Part shown: piece after piece, positions 22,687 to 31,941 of the stretch
Layout of the letters: each line of letters opens with the position of its first letter
Numbering within the stretch: position 1 is the first letter of the stretch
NCBI GenBank assembly: GCA_963809895.1
Contig: CAWELD010000003.1
Coordinates: 2,560,001 to 2,624,000 of the forward strand
Direction: 5' to 3'
Origin: an uncultured Gemmatimonadales bacterium
GTDB taxonomy: Bacteria > Gemmatimonadota > Gemmatimonadetes > Longimicrobiales > Gaopeijiaceae
DNA: 64,000 nt
The notes under the pieces: generated by a model
The model's input: the letters and a program-made list of their open reading frames with translations, nothing else
Databases searched by the model: none
What the model was told of the DNA's origin: nothing
Position numbers and translations under genes: made by a program

Positions 22687-23661
22687 CTAGTCGCCCAGGA
22701 CGTACCCGAAGATGAGCGGCGCCACGATCATGGCGTCGGAGTTGATGAAGAAGCGCGGCGTGCCGTCGTCGAGCTTGCCCCAGGTGATCTTCTCGTTCGG
22801 CGGGGCGCCGGAGTAGCCACCGTACGAGGTGACGGCGTCGGTGATCTGCGCGAAGTAGCCCCAGAAGGGCACGTCTTCCTGCATGTCCTGGATGATGGAG
22901 GGCACCGCGCAGATGGCGAAGTCGCCGGCGATGCCACCGCCCACCTGGAAGAATCCCACGGAGGGCACGCGACCGGCGCCGTGGTTGGCCTTGTACCAGC
23001 CGATCAGGTCGGCGAACTGCTCGGTGCCGGATTTCACGCACTGATGGTGCGGGACCTTACCGGTGACCACGTTGGCGGCGAACATGTTGCCCGTGGTGGA
23101 GTCCTCCCAGCCCGGCGAGTAGACGGGGATCCCCTTGTCGGCCGCCGCCACCATCCAGGAGTGGGCCACGGGCACCTGGTAGTGCTCCTCCAACTCTCCA
23201 CTGCGCAGCACGTCGAAGAGATACTGGTAGGGGAACTTGCGCTCCCCACGCTCGCACGCGCCCTTCCACCGCTCCAGCAGCCGCGATTCCAGATGACGCA
23301 TGACGTCTTCGGGAATACAGGTGTCGGTCACCCGGTTCATGCCCCGGTCGTAGAGGGCCACCTCGTCGGCCGCGGACAGGGCCCGCCAATCCTGGATGAT
23401 CTCGTACTCGTCGTGGGCCAGGAGGTTGAAGACGTCCTCCTCGAGGTTCGCTCCGGTGCACGAGATGGCGTGCACCTTACCCTCTCGGATCATGCGCGCG
23501 AGAATGATGCCCAGCTCTCCCGTGGACATGGCACCGGCCAGCGACACCAGCATCTTGCCGCCCGCGTCCAGGTGCTCTTCCCAGGCCCGGGCCGCCGCCA
23601 CCGTCTCCCGGGCGTTGAAGTGCAGATAGTGCTTGTCCAAGAAGTCGCGAACAGCGCCCAT
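22687..23661 (-). CDS. Deoxyhypusine synthase-like protein
   Basis: LAGAMSTGELG, CTGANLEED, GGYSGAPPNEKITWGK (catalytic Lys region), SDAMIVAPL. Confidence 0.9.
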   Translation of the reverse strand: MGAVRDFLDKHYLHFNARETVAAARAWEEHLDAGGKMLVSLAGAMSTGELGIILARMIREGKVHAISCTGANLEEDVFNLLAHDEYEIIQDWRALSAADEVALYDRGMNRVTDTCIPEDVMRHLESRLLERWKGACERGERKFPYQYLFDVLRSGELEEHYQVPVAHSWMVAAADKGIPVYSPGWEDSTTGNMFAANVVTGKVPHHQCVKSGTEQFADLIGWYKANHGAGRVPSVGFFQVGGGIAGDFAICAVPSIIQDMQEDVPFWGYFAQITDAVTSYGGYSGAPPNEKITWGKLDDGTPRFFINSDAMIVAPLIFGYVLGD

Positions 23662-23756
23662 TCCAGTCGTCTCCGTCGGTCGGCGGTGAGTATGCTCGGC
23701 CATGCCGCGTTAACGGTAGAGGATCGGCGGCCGGTCGAAAAGCGCAGCCGCGTCGC

Positions 23757-25439
23757 TCACCGTCTGGTCAGCACGCGCCCCGCCAGAGTGTTCGTGAAGT
23801 GGCCCCCCGAGATCGCGGCCTGGCCGTTCACCAACACATGCACCATGCCTTCCGCCAGTTGGTGGGGATCCGTGAAGGTGGCGTCGGTGTGCACGCGCTC
23901 CAGGTCGAAGACCACCAGATCCGCGGCGGCACCCGGACGGATCTCGCCCCGGTCCGGCATGCGGTAGACGCGGGCCGGGAGCGACGTCATGGACCGTATC
24001 GCTTCCTCCAGCGTGACAACGCCCTGGTCCACCACGTAGGTCTCGAGCTTGCGGGTGAAGGTGGCATAGGAGCGGGGGTGGGGCACCCCCTCGCCCCACG
24101 GCACCAGGTCCCCGTCCGACGCGGTCATGGTGAAGGGCTGGACCATGATGGTCCTGAGGTCGTCGGCGTTCATGTTGAACGACACGATGCTGGGGCTGCC
24201 CTGCTCGAAGAGGTCGAGCGCCGTGTCGCTGGGATCCCGAGCGCGCTCACGCGCGAGATCGTCCAGGGTGCGCCCCTCGATGGAGGGATCCTCGCGGAAG
24301 CGACGGAACTGGATTCGGTCGGCCCCTCCCCGCCGAGCCAGGTTCTCCACAATGGCGGCTCGAATGCGTGTCCGGTCCGCGGGTCGGCCGAGCCGCGCCA
24401 GCAACGAATCCCGTCCGCCAGCCTCCGCCCAGCGCGGAAGGAGAGCCGCCGTGAGTCCGGTGGCCGAAGCCAGATAGGGATACTGGTCGGCATAGACCTC
24501 GATGCCCTCCTCCCGTGCCTGCCGCAGGCGGTGCACCAAGGCGAGCGAGTAGCCCCACACGGGCGGCCCCAACGCCTTGGCGTGCGTCCACACTGCGGGA
24601 ATCCCAGCCTCCCGGGCCACGGTGACGACCTCTTCCACGGCTGCCACCACACCGATCGTGTAGTCGGACTCGTCGCGGACGTGGCTCTGGTAGGCGCCTC
24701 CGTACTCTGCCACCACCCTCGCCAGCTCTACCAGCTCGCGGGTGTCGCTGTAGCTCCCGGGCGCGTAGAACGGTCCGCTCGACAATCCCCAGGCACCGTC
24801 CTTCATGCCCTGGCGGACCAACGCTCTCATGCGCTCCAGCTCCGCGTCCGTGGCCAGCCGGTCCTCCATTCCCATCACCTCTCGGCGGATGGAGCCGTGG
24901 GACACGAACTGGGCCACGTTCACCCCGAGGCTGTCGGCCAGAAGTCGTGACCGCTGCTCTGCCAGGTCCACCGGGCCGCCGCCGTCGGGATTGGCGAAGA
25001 TGGTCGTGACACCCTGGGCGAGAAGGGGCTGCGCATGGCTGAGGCCCGGCGTCGCAAGCCCGCCGCCAGCGTGGGAATGCGTGTCGATGAAGCCCGGCGC
25101 CACGTAGAGGCCGGTGGCGTCGATGGTGCGCTGCGCGATGGCCTCGGACAGGTCGCCGACCGCCGCGATGCGGTCCCCCAGGATCCCGACATCCGCCCGG
25201 AACCATGGGTTGCCGTCGCCGTCCAGGACCCGACCGTGCCGAACGAGGACGTCGAAGTACCGTCGCACGCCCGTTTGAGGCGCGCCCGTGTCTTGTGCCC
25301 GGACGGGGGTGCCAGCGCAGGCGGAGAGCAGAATCGCGGCAAGCAGCGCGCACGGGGTCCGCCCCGAGACGCGCTTCGAGGCGCCCCTGGGGACACGCTT
25401 CGAGACGGTGATCGAGAGGTGGTGGTCTGGATGGGTCAC
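23757..25439 (-). CDS. N-acyl-D-amino-acid deacylase (amidohydrolase), lipoprotein
   Basis: PGFIDTHSH, SHVRDE, PHPRSY, ADLVVFD; lipobox LSAC; GTG start after GAGGT. Confidence 0.88.
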   Translation of the reverse strand: MTHPDHHLSITVSKRVPRGASKRVSGRTPCALLAAILLSACAGTPVRAQDTGAPQTGVRRYFDVLVRHGRVLDGDGNPWFRADVGILGDRIAAVGDLSEAIAQRTIDATGLYVAPGFIDTHSHAGGGLATPGLSHAQPLLAQGVTTIFANPDGGGPVDLAEQRSRLLADSLGVNVAQFVSHGSIRREVMGMEDRLATDAELERMRALVRQGMKDGAWGLSSGPFYAPGSYSDTRELVELARVVAEYGGAYQSHVRDESDYTIGVVAAVEEVVTVAREAGIPAVWTHAKALGPPVWGYSLALVHRLRQAREEGIEVYADQYPYLASATGLTAALLPRWAEAGGRDSLLARLGRPADRTRIRAAIVENLARRGGADRIQFRRFREDPSIEGRTLDDLARERARDPSDTALDLFEQGSPSIVSFNMNADDLRTIMVQPFTMTASDGDLVPWGEGVPHPRSYATFTRKLETYVVDQGVVTLEEAIRSMTSLPARVYRMPDRGEIRPGAAADLVVFDLERVHTDATFTDPHQLAEGMVHVLVNGQAAISGGHFTNTLAGRVLTRR

Positions 25440-25604
25440 GTGCACCTCTATCTTGCTAGCCGTTGGACGGTCGCCGCGCACCCTCGGCACGGGGCAGCCA
25501 ACGTGCGCCGGGGCGCTCCCCCGGGCAACCGCGTCGGCGAACCGGGCGAGGCAGGCGGTGTACGCCGGTCCGCTCCGATTGATCACGAACGCGCGGAGGC
25601 GCCC

Positions 25605-27320
25605 ATGCGCTCGGCCGAAGAGCTGACCGAACTGCTCCACGACATCGACGGGCGGGGCTACAAGGCCTACAAGGCCATCGGGGGCCGGTGGGATCTGGGC
25701 GATTTCGTGCTGTCGGTGGACCACGTGCAGGGCGATCCCTTCGCCTCGCCGTCTCGCGTCTCTGCCCACCTGGCCGCCGAGGTGGCGGCGCTCCCGCCCT
25801 CGCTCCTCTCCAGCCCCGCGCGCAGGACCGGCGTCGCGGCCTGTCTCGCCCGTGCCTTCGCGGCCGCGGCCCGGGAGGCGTCGTCGCATCTGGGCAGTGG
25901 CAAGAGCGGGGTCGTCGTCATGGAGGACCCGGGACAGCTCGTGATCCCGCAGACCGCCGTGCGGGTGGATGCCGACGGGTGCGTCGAGGCCCGCTTCCGG
26001 GTTGGGCTCCCGGCCCGCGGACGCAGGGTTCTGGGGCACAAGGCCGCCACGCTGCTGGGTCGGACCGTGGCCGCGCTGGTCCGCGACACGCTTCCGGCGC
26101 CGGTCCACGACCCCGAGTCGCTGCGCCACGCCGCCGAGGTGAACGAGGACGCCGACGCCCTGCGCGCCTCGCTCCGGGACCGGGACCTGGTGGGCTTCGT
26201 GGCCGAGGGCGCCCGTCTGCCGCGTCGGAGCGGGGTGGACGACCGGCCGCTGGAGGGGCCGTCGGTGGTCTCGTTCGAGGCCCCGCAGTCGCTGAGGGTC
26301 GGCCTGGAGACCCCCAACTCGGGACTCGTCACCGGCATGGGCATCCCCCGGGGGGTGACGCTGATCGTCGGGGGAGGATTCCACGGCAAGAGCACCCTGC
26401 TGCGGGCGCTGGAGCGGGGCGTCTACAACCATGCACCGGGCGATGGCCGCGAGCGGGTGGTGGCGGACGCCGCGTCCGTGAAGGTACGGGCCGAAGACGG
26501 ACGCTCGGTGGCAGGCGTGGACATCTCGGGCTTCATCGACGGCCTGCCGGGAGGCGAGGACACGCATCGCTTCACCACCCCCAACGCGTCGGGATCCACC
26601 AGTCAGGCCGCCGGCCTGGTGGAGGCGCTGGAGGCCGGCGCCCGCGTGCTGCTGGTGGACGAAGACACGGCCGCCACGAACTTCATGATCCGGGACCGGC
26701 GCATGCAGGCGCTGGTACCCGCCGAGGCCGAACCCATCACCCCGTTCGTGGACCGCATCCGGGAGCTGGCGGACGGCGAAGGCGTGAGCTCGGTGCTCGT
26801 CCTGGGCGGCAGCGGCGACTATCTGGACGTGGCCGAGACCGTGATCCTCATGCGGGACTACCGGCCCCACGACGCCACCTCGGCCGCGCGGCGCGTGGCC
26901 GAGGAGCACCCGACGGGCCGACGCCACGAGGCCCGCGCGCCCCTGGCCCCTCGGCCTCGGCGCGTGCCGCTGCCGGCCTCGGTGGACCCCAGCCGGGGGC
27001 GCCGCGACGTCAGCGTGAAGGTCCGGGACCCCGACGAGATCCTCTTCGGAGACGAGACCCTGGACCTGACCGCGGTGGAACAGCTCGTGAGCTGGAGCCA
27101 GGCGCGGGCCGTGTCCGAGGCGCTGGTCCTGGCGCGCCGGGAGCTCATGGACGGCCGCCGTTCCCTGCCGGACATCCTCGACGGGGTGATGGCCCGGGTC
27201 GAGGCCGAGGGGCTCGACGTGCTGGACCGCCGGCGCCCCGGCGACCTGGCGGCCTTTCGCCGCTTCGAGCTCGCCGCGGCGCTGAACCGCCTCCGGACGC
27301 TCGAGGTCACGTCGTCATGA
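25605..27320 (+). CDS. ABC-class ATPase domain protein (ABC_ATPase family)
   Basis: DHVQGDPFASPSR, GGGFHGKSTLL, NASGSTSQAA, LVDEDTAATNFMIRD. Confidence 0.9.
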   Translation: MRSAEELTELLHDIDGRGYKAYKAIGGRWDLGDFVLSVDHVQGDPFASPSRVSAHLAAEVAALPPSLLSSPARRTGVAACLARAFAAAAREASSHLGSGKSGVVVMEDPGQLVIPQTAVRVDADGCVEARFRVGLPARGRRVLGHKAATLLGRTVAALVRDTLPAPVHDPESLRHAAEVNEDADALRASLRDRDLVGFVAEGARLPRRSGVDDRPLEGPSVVSFEAPQSLRVGLETPNSGLVTGMGIPRGVTLIVGGGFHGKSTLLRALERGVYNHAPGDGRERVVADAASVKVRAEDGRSVAGVDISGFIDGLPGGEDTHRFTTPNASGSTSQAAGLVEALEAGARVLLVDEDTAATNFMIRDRRMQALVPAEAEPITPFVDRIRELADGEGVSSVLVLGGSGDYLDVAETVILMRDYRPHDATSAARRVAEEHPTGRRHEARAPLAPRPRRVPLPASVDPSRGRRDVSVKVRDPDEILFGDETLDLTAVEQLVSWSQARAVSEALVLARRELMDGRRSLPDILDGVMARVEAEGLDVLDRRRPGDLAAFRRFELAAALNRLRTLEVTSS

Positions 27321-28996
27321 GCCGCACTACCAGCCTCGCCCTGCCCCCCGGCCCGGCGCCCACGCCAGAGGCACTCCAGAGCGACGATCCGTCCCTGTCG
27401 CACGCGGCGCCGGCCCGGGGACGTCCGTTCCGGCTCGCCGGGCGCCGGGCGGTGGTCACCGGCATCGACACGCGAGGGATCACCGCCAGCCAGGGCGACG
27501 GGCAGCTTCTCACCGGACCGGTGACGCTGGAGAAGGGCCCCGGTGCCAACGTGGTGCTGGCACCCCGCTTCCTCCGCCGGGAGCTGCCGGCCCACGGGGC
27601 CTCGCTGCAGGAGCTCGTCCTGGTGCCCGCGGCGCTCCCGGGCTTCGCGGTTCAATGGACCGCGCGTTCCGGGTCGGGCCCCTGGAGCGCACGTCTCGAG
27701 GTCCAGCTGCCGGGTACCCCCGGGGGTGGAAGCCGCTGGAACGCCGAGGCGGGCATCCTGCGGGTGGCCGGCGGCGAGGGAGACGACGCCGGCTGTCTGC
27801 TGGCGCTGAGTCCCGCGGGCCCGTGGCAGGTGACGGAAGAGGGCGTGATCCGGCGAGCCCGGGTCGAGCTGGCGGTGCCCGAGGACGAGCCGCTCACACT
27901 GCTGGTGGCCGCCGTGGACGGGACCGGCGCCCTGCCCTCCCTGGCTTCGTTGGCCGCGCTGGAGGCCCACCGCCGTCGGCTCGAGGTGGAGCTGCGCGAC
28001 GCACCGGGGATCCGCCTGACCACCGGCGTCGCGGAACTGGACCGGACGGTGGCCTGGAGCCGAGCCGCCCTCAGGGCGGCGGTGGGGCCCGAGGCCCCGC
28101 CCTCCGAAGGTCCCGCGCCCGGGGGAGCACCGGAGCTCGCCGAGCTGCTGATGCCTTCGGCGCGTCGGGGGTGGGCCGTGATGGGTGCCCTGGCGGCCGG
28201 CGAGCACGACGTAGCCCGTGCGCTACTGGACCAGGGCTGCGACACCCCCACCGAGATCGCCGCCGCCGCGCACTGGATGGCGTGGACCGGCGACGCTGGC
28301 ACCTTGAGGGCGCGGGCCCTGACCGCTCCCCCGTCCCCGTCCCCGAGCGCGGGACGAGGCGTCCGGCTCCCCACGGTGTCGTCGCCGTCGCCGGCCTCGG
28401 GGCTGGTGGCGGCGGTCCTCGGAGATCCCGGGGCGGGAGGGCCGGCCCCGACGACGGCGCCCTGGAGCTGGGCGAAGGCGGAGAGTCCGGCCGAGGCGCT
28501 TCTCCTGGCGCGGGCGCACTATGCCTGGGGCGATGCCCACGGGGGATTCCGGCTCCTGCGGCCCGCGCTGTCGGCGCTCCTGGCCGACGGACCGCCCCTG
28601 GACGCCACGCTGCCTGCCCTGGCGATGTGGGCGCTGGTCACCGGGCTGCTGGGCGCACGCCCGGACGCGCCGGTGGGCCGACTGCGACTGGCGCCGGCGC
28701 TGCCCGGGTCCTGGACCGGCTTCGCCCTGGAGGGACTGAGGGTGGGGGATTCGGTGCTCGACCTGGAGTACCGGCGCAGCGGGTCCGGACACCTGTGGCG
28801 CTTTCGTCCTACCGCGGGGGCCGTCCCCCTGATGCTGGTGCTGGAACCCCTGATCGCCGTCGATGGCGTGGACCGCGTCGAGGTCGACGGCGCGGCGGCC
28901 GACGTGGACATCACCGACGCCGCGCCCGGCTACACGCGTATCCGGCTCCAACTTCCGCTGGACACGGAGCGCAGCCTCGCGGTGGAGGCGCGCTAG
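27317..28996 (+). CDS. Hypothetical protein with glycoside-hydrolase-like C-terminus
   Basis: ATGA overlap with the ATPase; C-terminal GLLGARPDAPVGRLRLAPALPGSW resembles ends of (alpha/alpha)6 GH proteins. Confidence 0.55.
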   Translation: MSRTTSLALPPGPAPTPEALQSDDPSLSHAAPARGRPFRLAGRRAVVTGIDTRGITASQGDGQLLTGPVTLEKGPGANVVLAPRFLRRELPAHGASLQELVLVPAALPGFAVQWTARSGSGPWSARLEVQLPGTPGGGSRWNAEAGILRVAGGEGDDAGCLLALSPAGPWQVTEEGVIRRARVELAVPEDEPLTLLVAAVDGTGALPSLASLAALEAHRRRLEVELRDAPGIRLTTGVAELDRTVAWSRAALRAAVGPEAPPSEGPAPGGAPELAELLMPSARRGWAVMGALAAGEHDVARALLDQGCDTPTEIAAAAHWMAWTGDAGTLRARALTAPPSPSPSAGRGVRLPTVSSPSPASGLVAAVLGDPGAGGPAPTTAPWSWAKAESPAEALLLARAHYAWGDAHGGFRLLRPALSALLADGPPLDATLPALAMWALVTGLLGARPDAPVGRLRLAPALPGSWTGFALEGLRVGDSVLDLEYRRSGSGHLWRFRPTAGAVPLMLVLEPLIAVDGVDRVEVDGAAADVDITDAAPGYTRIRLQLPLDTERSLAVEAR

Positions 28997-29009
28997 CAGG
29001 TCGGCAGCG

Positions 29010-29243
29010 CTATCTGGACTTCCTGGACTTCTTGGGCTTACGGACCTTCATCTCGGACTCGTCCATGAATCCCTCGGCCACGAGAAGCTTCTGCAGCGAA
29101 TTCTCACGGTCGGGAAGCGAGGTCCGGGCGATTTCACGGGCGAACTCGATCCGTTTCATCTCGGGAACCCGGTCCAGGACCGCGATGGGCGCCCCGTAAC
29201 GAAGAAGGATGCGCTTCGCGTCCACGGCCACGGAATCGTCCAC
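29010..29243 (-). CDS. Small hypothetical protein with basic tail
   Basis: GTG after AAGGGGG; helical 77-aa ORF ending KVRKPKKSRKSR. Confidence 0.65.
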   Translation of the reverse strand: MDDSVAVDAKRILLRYGAPIAVLDRVPEMKRIEFAREIARTSLPDRENSLQKLLVAEGFMDESEMKVRKPKKSRKSR

Positions 29244-29332
29244 GAAACCCCCTTGTCCTTCGGGAATGGTAGGGCGGCAAACGCAGTAATTTAGCGGCTG
29301 AGCCGACGCGCTACCAAGGCCTCCCCCGGGGA

Positions 29333-29938
29333 TCACCCACCGACGACCACCCCGAATGTGACGAAGAGGTCGTGCTGGAACGACGCCTCGACATCGGGCG
29401 CATCGAAACGGCTGACGAGATCCTGGAGCTCGAGGCGGCCCCGCACCACGCCGAGGCCCAGCTCCAGTCCGAGACCCAGGTGGCCCGTGATGTCGTTGGC
29501 ATCGCTGAGGATCGCCCGGGCGCCCTCGTCGGACAGATCCTCCCTGGTGAAGTCGTAGCGCTTCACGCCGGCGCCCAGCAGCACCAGGGGTTGCACGAAG
29601 ACCAGCGTCGGCAGGGGACGGATGACGAGCGCGGCGGTAGCCGCGGTCACGGTGCTGCGAGCGCAGGCGCTGCAGCCCACACCGGACACGGGCACTTCGG
29701 AGTCGGTGGCGTGCAGGACCGTGAAGCGGAGGCCCGGACCCAGTTCGAGGGCCCCTCCGTAGGCCAGCGACGACTCGCGCTTTCCGAACGACACGGCGTC
29801 GCCGGCAGACGGCAGCTCGGTGGCCGCCGCGTACAGCCCGACCTGCGGGATGACCCGGAATTGGGCCGAGGCGGGCGCCGGCACCAGCAGCAGTGCGACG
29901 AGGAGCCCGCGGGAGAAGTAACGACGGGAGCCAGGCAT
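29333..29938 (-). CDS. Exported outer-membrane beta-barrel-like protein
   Basis: Signal peptide ending ASAQ; alternating beta-strand pattern. Confidence 0.6.
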   Translation of the reverse strand: MPGSRRYFSRGLLVALLLVPAPASAQFRVIPQVGLYAAATELPSAGDAVSFGKRESSLAYGGALELGPGLRFTVLHATDSEVPVSGVGCSACARSTVTAATAALVIRPLPTLVFVQPLVLLGAGVKRYDFTREDLSDEGARAILSDANDITGHLGLGLELGLGVVRGRLELQDLVSRFDAPDVEASFQHDLFVTFGVVVGG

Positions 29939-30002
29939 GTGGACCTCGGTGGGGGTTGGGGCCGTTGCCGGGCTCCGGCGCGGAGCACGGACCGGCACGC
30001 CG

Positions 30003-30416
30003 TCAGTTCATGACGTGGGGACGGTCCTCGTCATCGAGGGGAGGCAGGGGCGCCTGGAGGGCGAATCGAGGAATGGCCACGCGGAAGCGGGCCCCGTCGG
30101 AGCTCTGGAAGGTGTAGTAGCCCTCCATGAATCCCACGGGAGAGCGTAGCACGCAGAAGCTGGAGTAGGCGTGTGCCTCGCCCGGAAGCAGGATGGGCTG
30201 CTCGCCGACCACGCCCTCGCCGTCCACCTCCACGTCGTCACCCGCCGCATCGTGGATGCGCCAGTGCCGGAAGAGGAGCTGGACCGGCCCGCCTCCGTGG
30301 TTCTCCACCTCGACCCGATACGAGAAGACGAACGTCCCCTCGCCGGGCTCGGAGCGCGCCAGCGAGAAGGTAGGACGGACATCGACCCGGACCCCCTGCG
30401 AGCTGTCGTCCATCAT
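30003..30416 (-). CDS. apaG: ApaG domain protein
   Basis: FSYRVEVEN, RHWRIHD, GEGVVGEQP, GFMEGYY. Confidence 0.95.
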   Translation of the reverse strand: MMDDSSQGVRVDVRPTFSLARSEPGEGTFVFSYRVEVENHGGGPVQLLFRHWRIHDAAGDDVEVDGEGVVGEQPILLPGEAHAYSSFCVLRSPVGFMEGYYTFQSSDGARFRVAIPRFALQAPLPPLDDEDRPHVMN

Positions 30417-30625
30417 GGTCGACTCCCGGGTGAGCAGGCCGCCCCATCGCCGGCCTCGTGCCAGGTACTACCCTCCGCCGGACCGAAGGGGTTCCAACGA
30501 TTCCCCCCGGCGCCACTCCCGCCCGGCTGTTAGATTTCGCGGACTGGGGAGCCCGTCCGAGTCGAGGAGTGCGGCCGCGGTCGGCTCCCGACGCCCGGGA
30601 GGAGCACCTCTGGCCCCCGCTACCG

Positions 30626-31321
30626 ATGACGTCGACTCCCAAGCGGTATTCGCCCTCGGTCGAGGACTACCTGAAGGCCATCTTCGCCATCAACGAGCGC
30701 GGAGAGCCGGCCTCTACCAGCGCGCTCGCCGGTGCGCTGGAGGTGGCGCCGTCGTCGGTGACGGGCATGATCAAGCGACTGGCCGAGACGGATCTCCTGG
30801 AGCATCTGCCGTACAGGGGCGTCCGCCTCACCGCCGCGGGCTCTCGTGAGGCGCTTCGGATCCTCCGGAGACACCGGATCCTGGAAACGTATCTCACCGA
30901 ACGCCTGGGCTATGCCTGGGACGACGTGCACGACGAGGCGGAACGGCTCGAGCACGCGGCCTCCGACCGCTTGATCGAGGCCATGGCCGCGGCGCTCGAC
31001 GACCCCAGCCACGATCCCCACGGGGCGCCGATCCCCACCGCCACCGGCGAGCTCGAGGCCACGGACTTCTCCACCCTGGCCGAGGGCTCGGCAGGGGACC
31101 GCCTCGTGATCCGGGCCGTCCAGGACAAGGACGCCGCCCGTCTGCGGTTCCTCGAGTCCCGGGGGCTTCTGCCCGGCGTGCGCGTGCGTATCCACGATCG
31201 CCAACCCTTCGGCGGCCCGTTCACCCTGCAGGTAGGAGACGGGGAGGATCGCATGGAGGTCGTCGGTGCGGAGCTCGCTCGACTGATCTTCGTGTCGCCG
31301 GCGGATCCCGGCGCCGCGTGA
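30626..31321 (+). CDS. DtxR/MntR metal-dependent regulator with FeoA domain
   Basis: EDYLKAI, RRHRILETYL, VHDEAERLEH, HDPHGAPIP. Confidence 0.93.
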   Translation: MTSTPKRYSPSVEDYLKAIFAINERGEPASTSALAGALEVAPSSVTGMIKRLAETDLLEHLPYRGVRLTAAGSREALRILRRHRILETYLTERLGYAWDDVHDEAERLEHAASDRLIEAMAAALDDPSHDPHGAPIPTATGELEATDFSTLAEGSAGDRLVIRAVQDKDAARLRFLESRGLLPGVRVRIHDRQPFGGPFTLQVGDGEDRMEVVGAELARLIFVSPADPGAA

Positions 31322-31941
31322 GCCGCCCCCTGGTCATCGGAGTCGCCGGTGGAAGCGGGTCCGGCAAGAGCACGGTGGTGCGGGAGATCGTGCGGGGCGT
31401 GGCGCCGGAAGCGGTCAGCATCGTGTATCAGGACGCCTACTACCGCGACTACGGCCACCTTCCCCAAGAGGAGCGCGCGGCCATCAACTTCGACCACCCC
31501 GACGCGCTGGAGAGCGACCTCCTGGTCGAGCATCTGGACGCGCTCCTCACCGGCCGTGACGTGGCCGTGCCCATCTACGACTTCAAGACGCACACGCGGC
31601 GGCCGGAGACCGAGACCGTCCGGGCCACCCGGGTCGTGATCGTGGACGGCATCCTGGTCCTCGCCGATCCGGAGCTGCGGGACCGCATGGACATACGGGT
31701 GTACGTGGACACCGACGCCGACATCCGACTGATCCGACGCCTGCGCCGGGACGTCGAAGAACGGGGGCGGACCGTCGATTCCGTCATCCGCCAATACGAG
31801 GCCACGGTGCGGCCCATGCATCTCGAGTTCGTGGAGCCCAGCAAGCGTTATGCGGACCTCATCGTACCCGAAGGGGGATTCAATCGCGTAGCCGTGGACA
31901 TGTTGGTGACCAAGATGGCTTCCATTCTGGCGGATCCGTGA
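31318..31941 (+). CDS. udk: Uridine kinase
   Basis: GGSGSGKST, NFDHPDA, RLIRRLRRD, FVEPSKRYAD. Confidence 0.95.
   Translation: MSRPLVIGVAGGSGSGKSTVVREIVRGVAPEAVSIVYQDAYYRDYGHLPQEERAAINFDHPDALESDLLVEHLDALLTGRDVAVPIYDFKTHTRRPETETVRATRVVIVDGILVLADPELRDRMDIRVYVDTDADIRLIRRLRRDVEERGRTVDSVIRQYEATVRPMHLEFVEPSKRYADLIVPEGGFNRVAVDMLVTKMASILADP

Noticed and set aside
25360..25405. Short direct repeat CGCTTCGAG
   Set aside because: Only two copies, inside a signal-peptide region; not an array or att site
23757..28996. ORFs of 1056 and 1102 aa suggesting giant or overlapping genes
   Set aside because: The N-terminal halves are antisense or off-frame shadows of the ATPase gene in stop-poor GC-rich DNA
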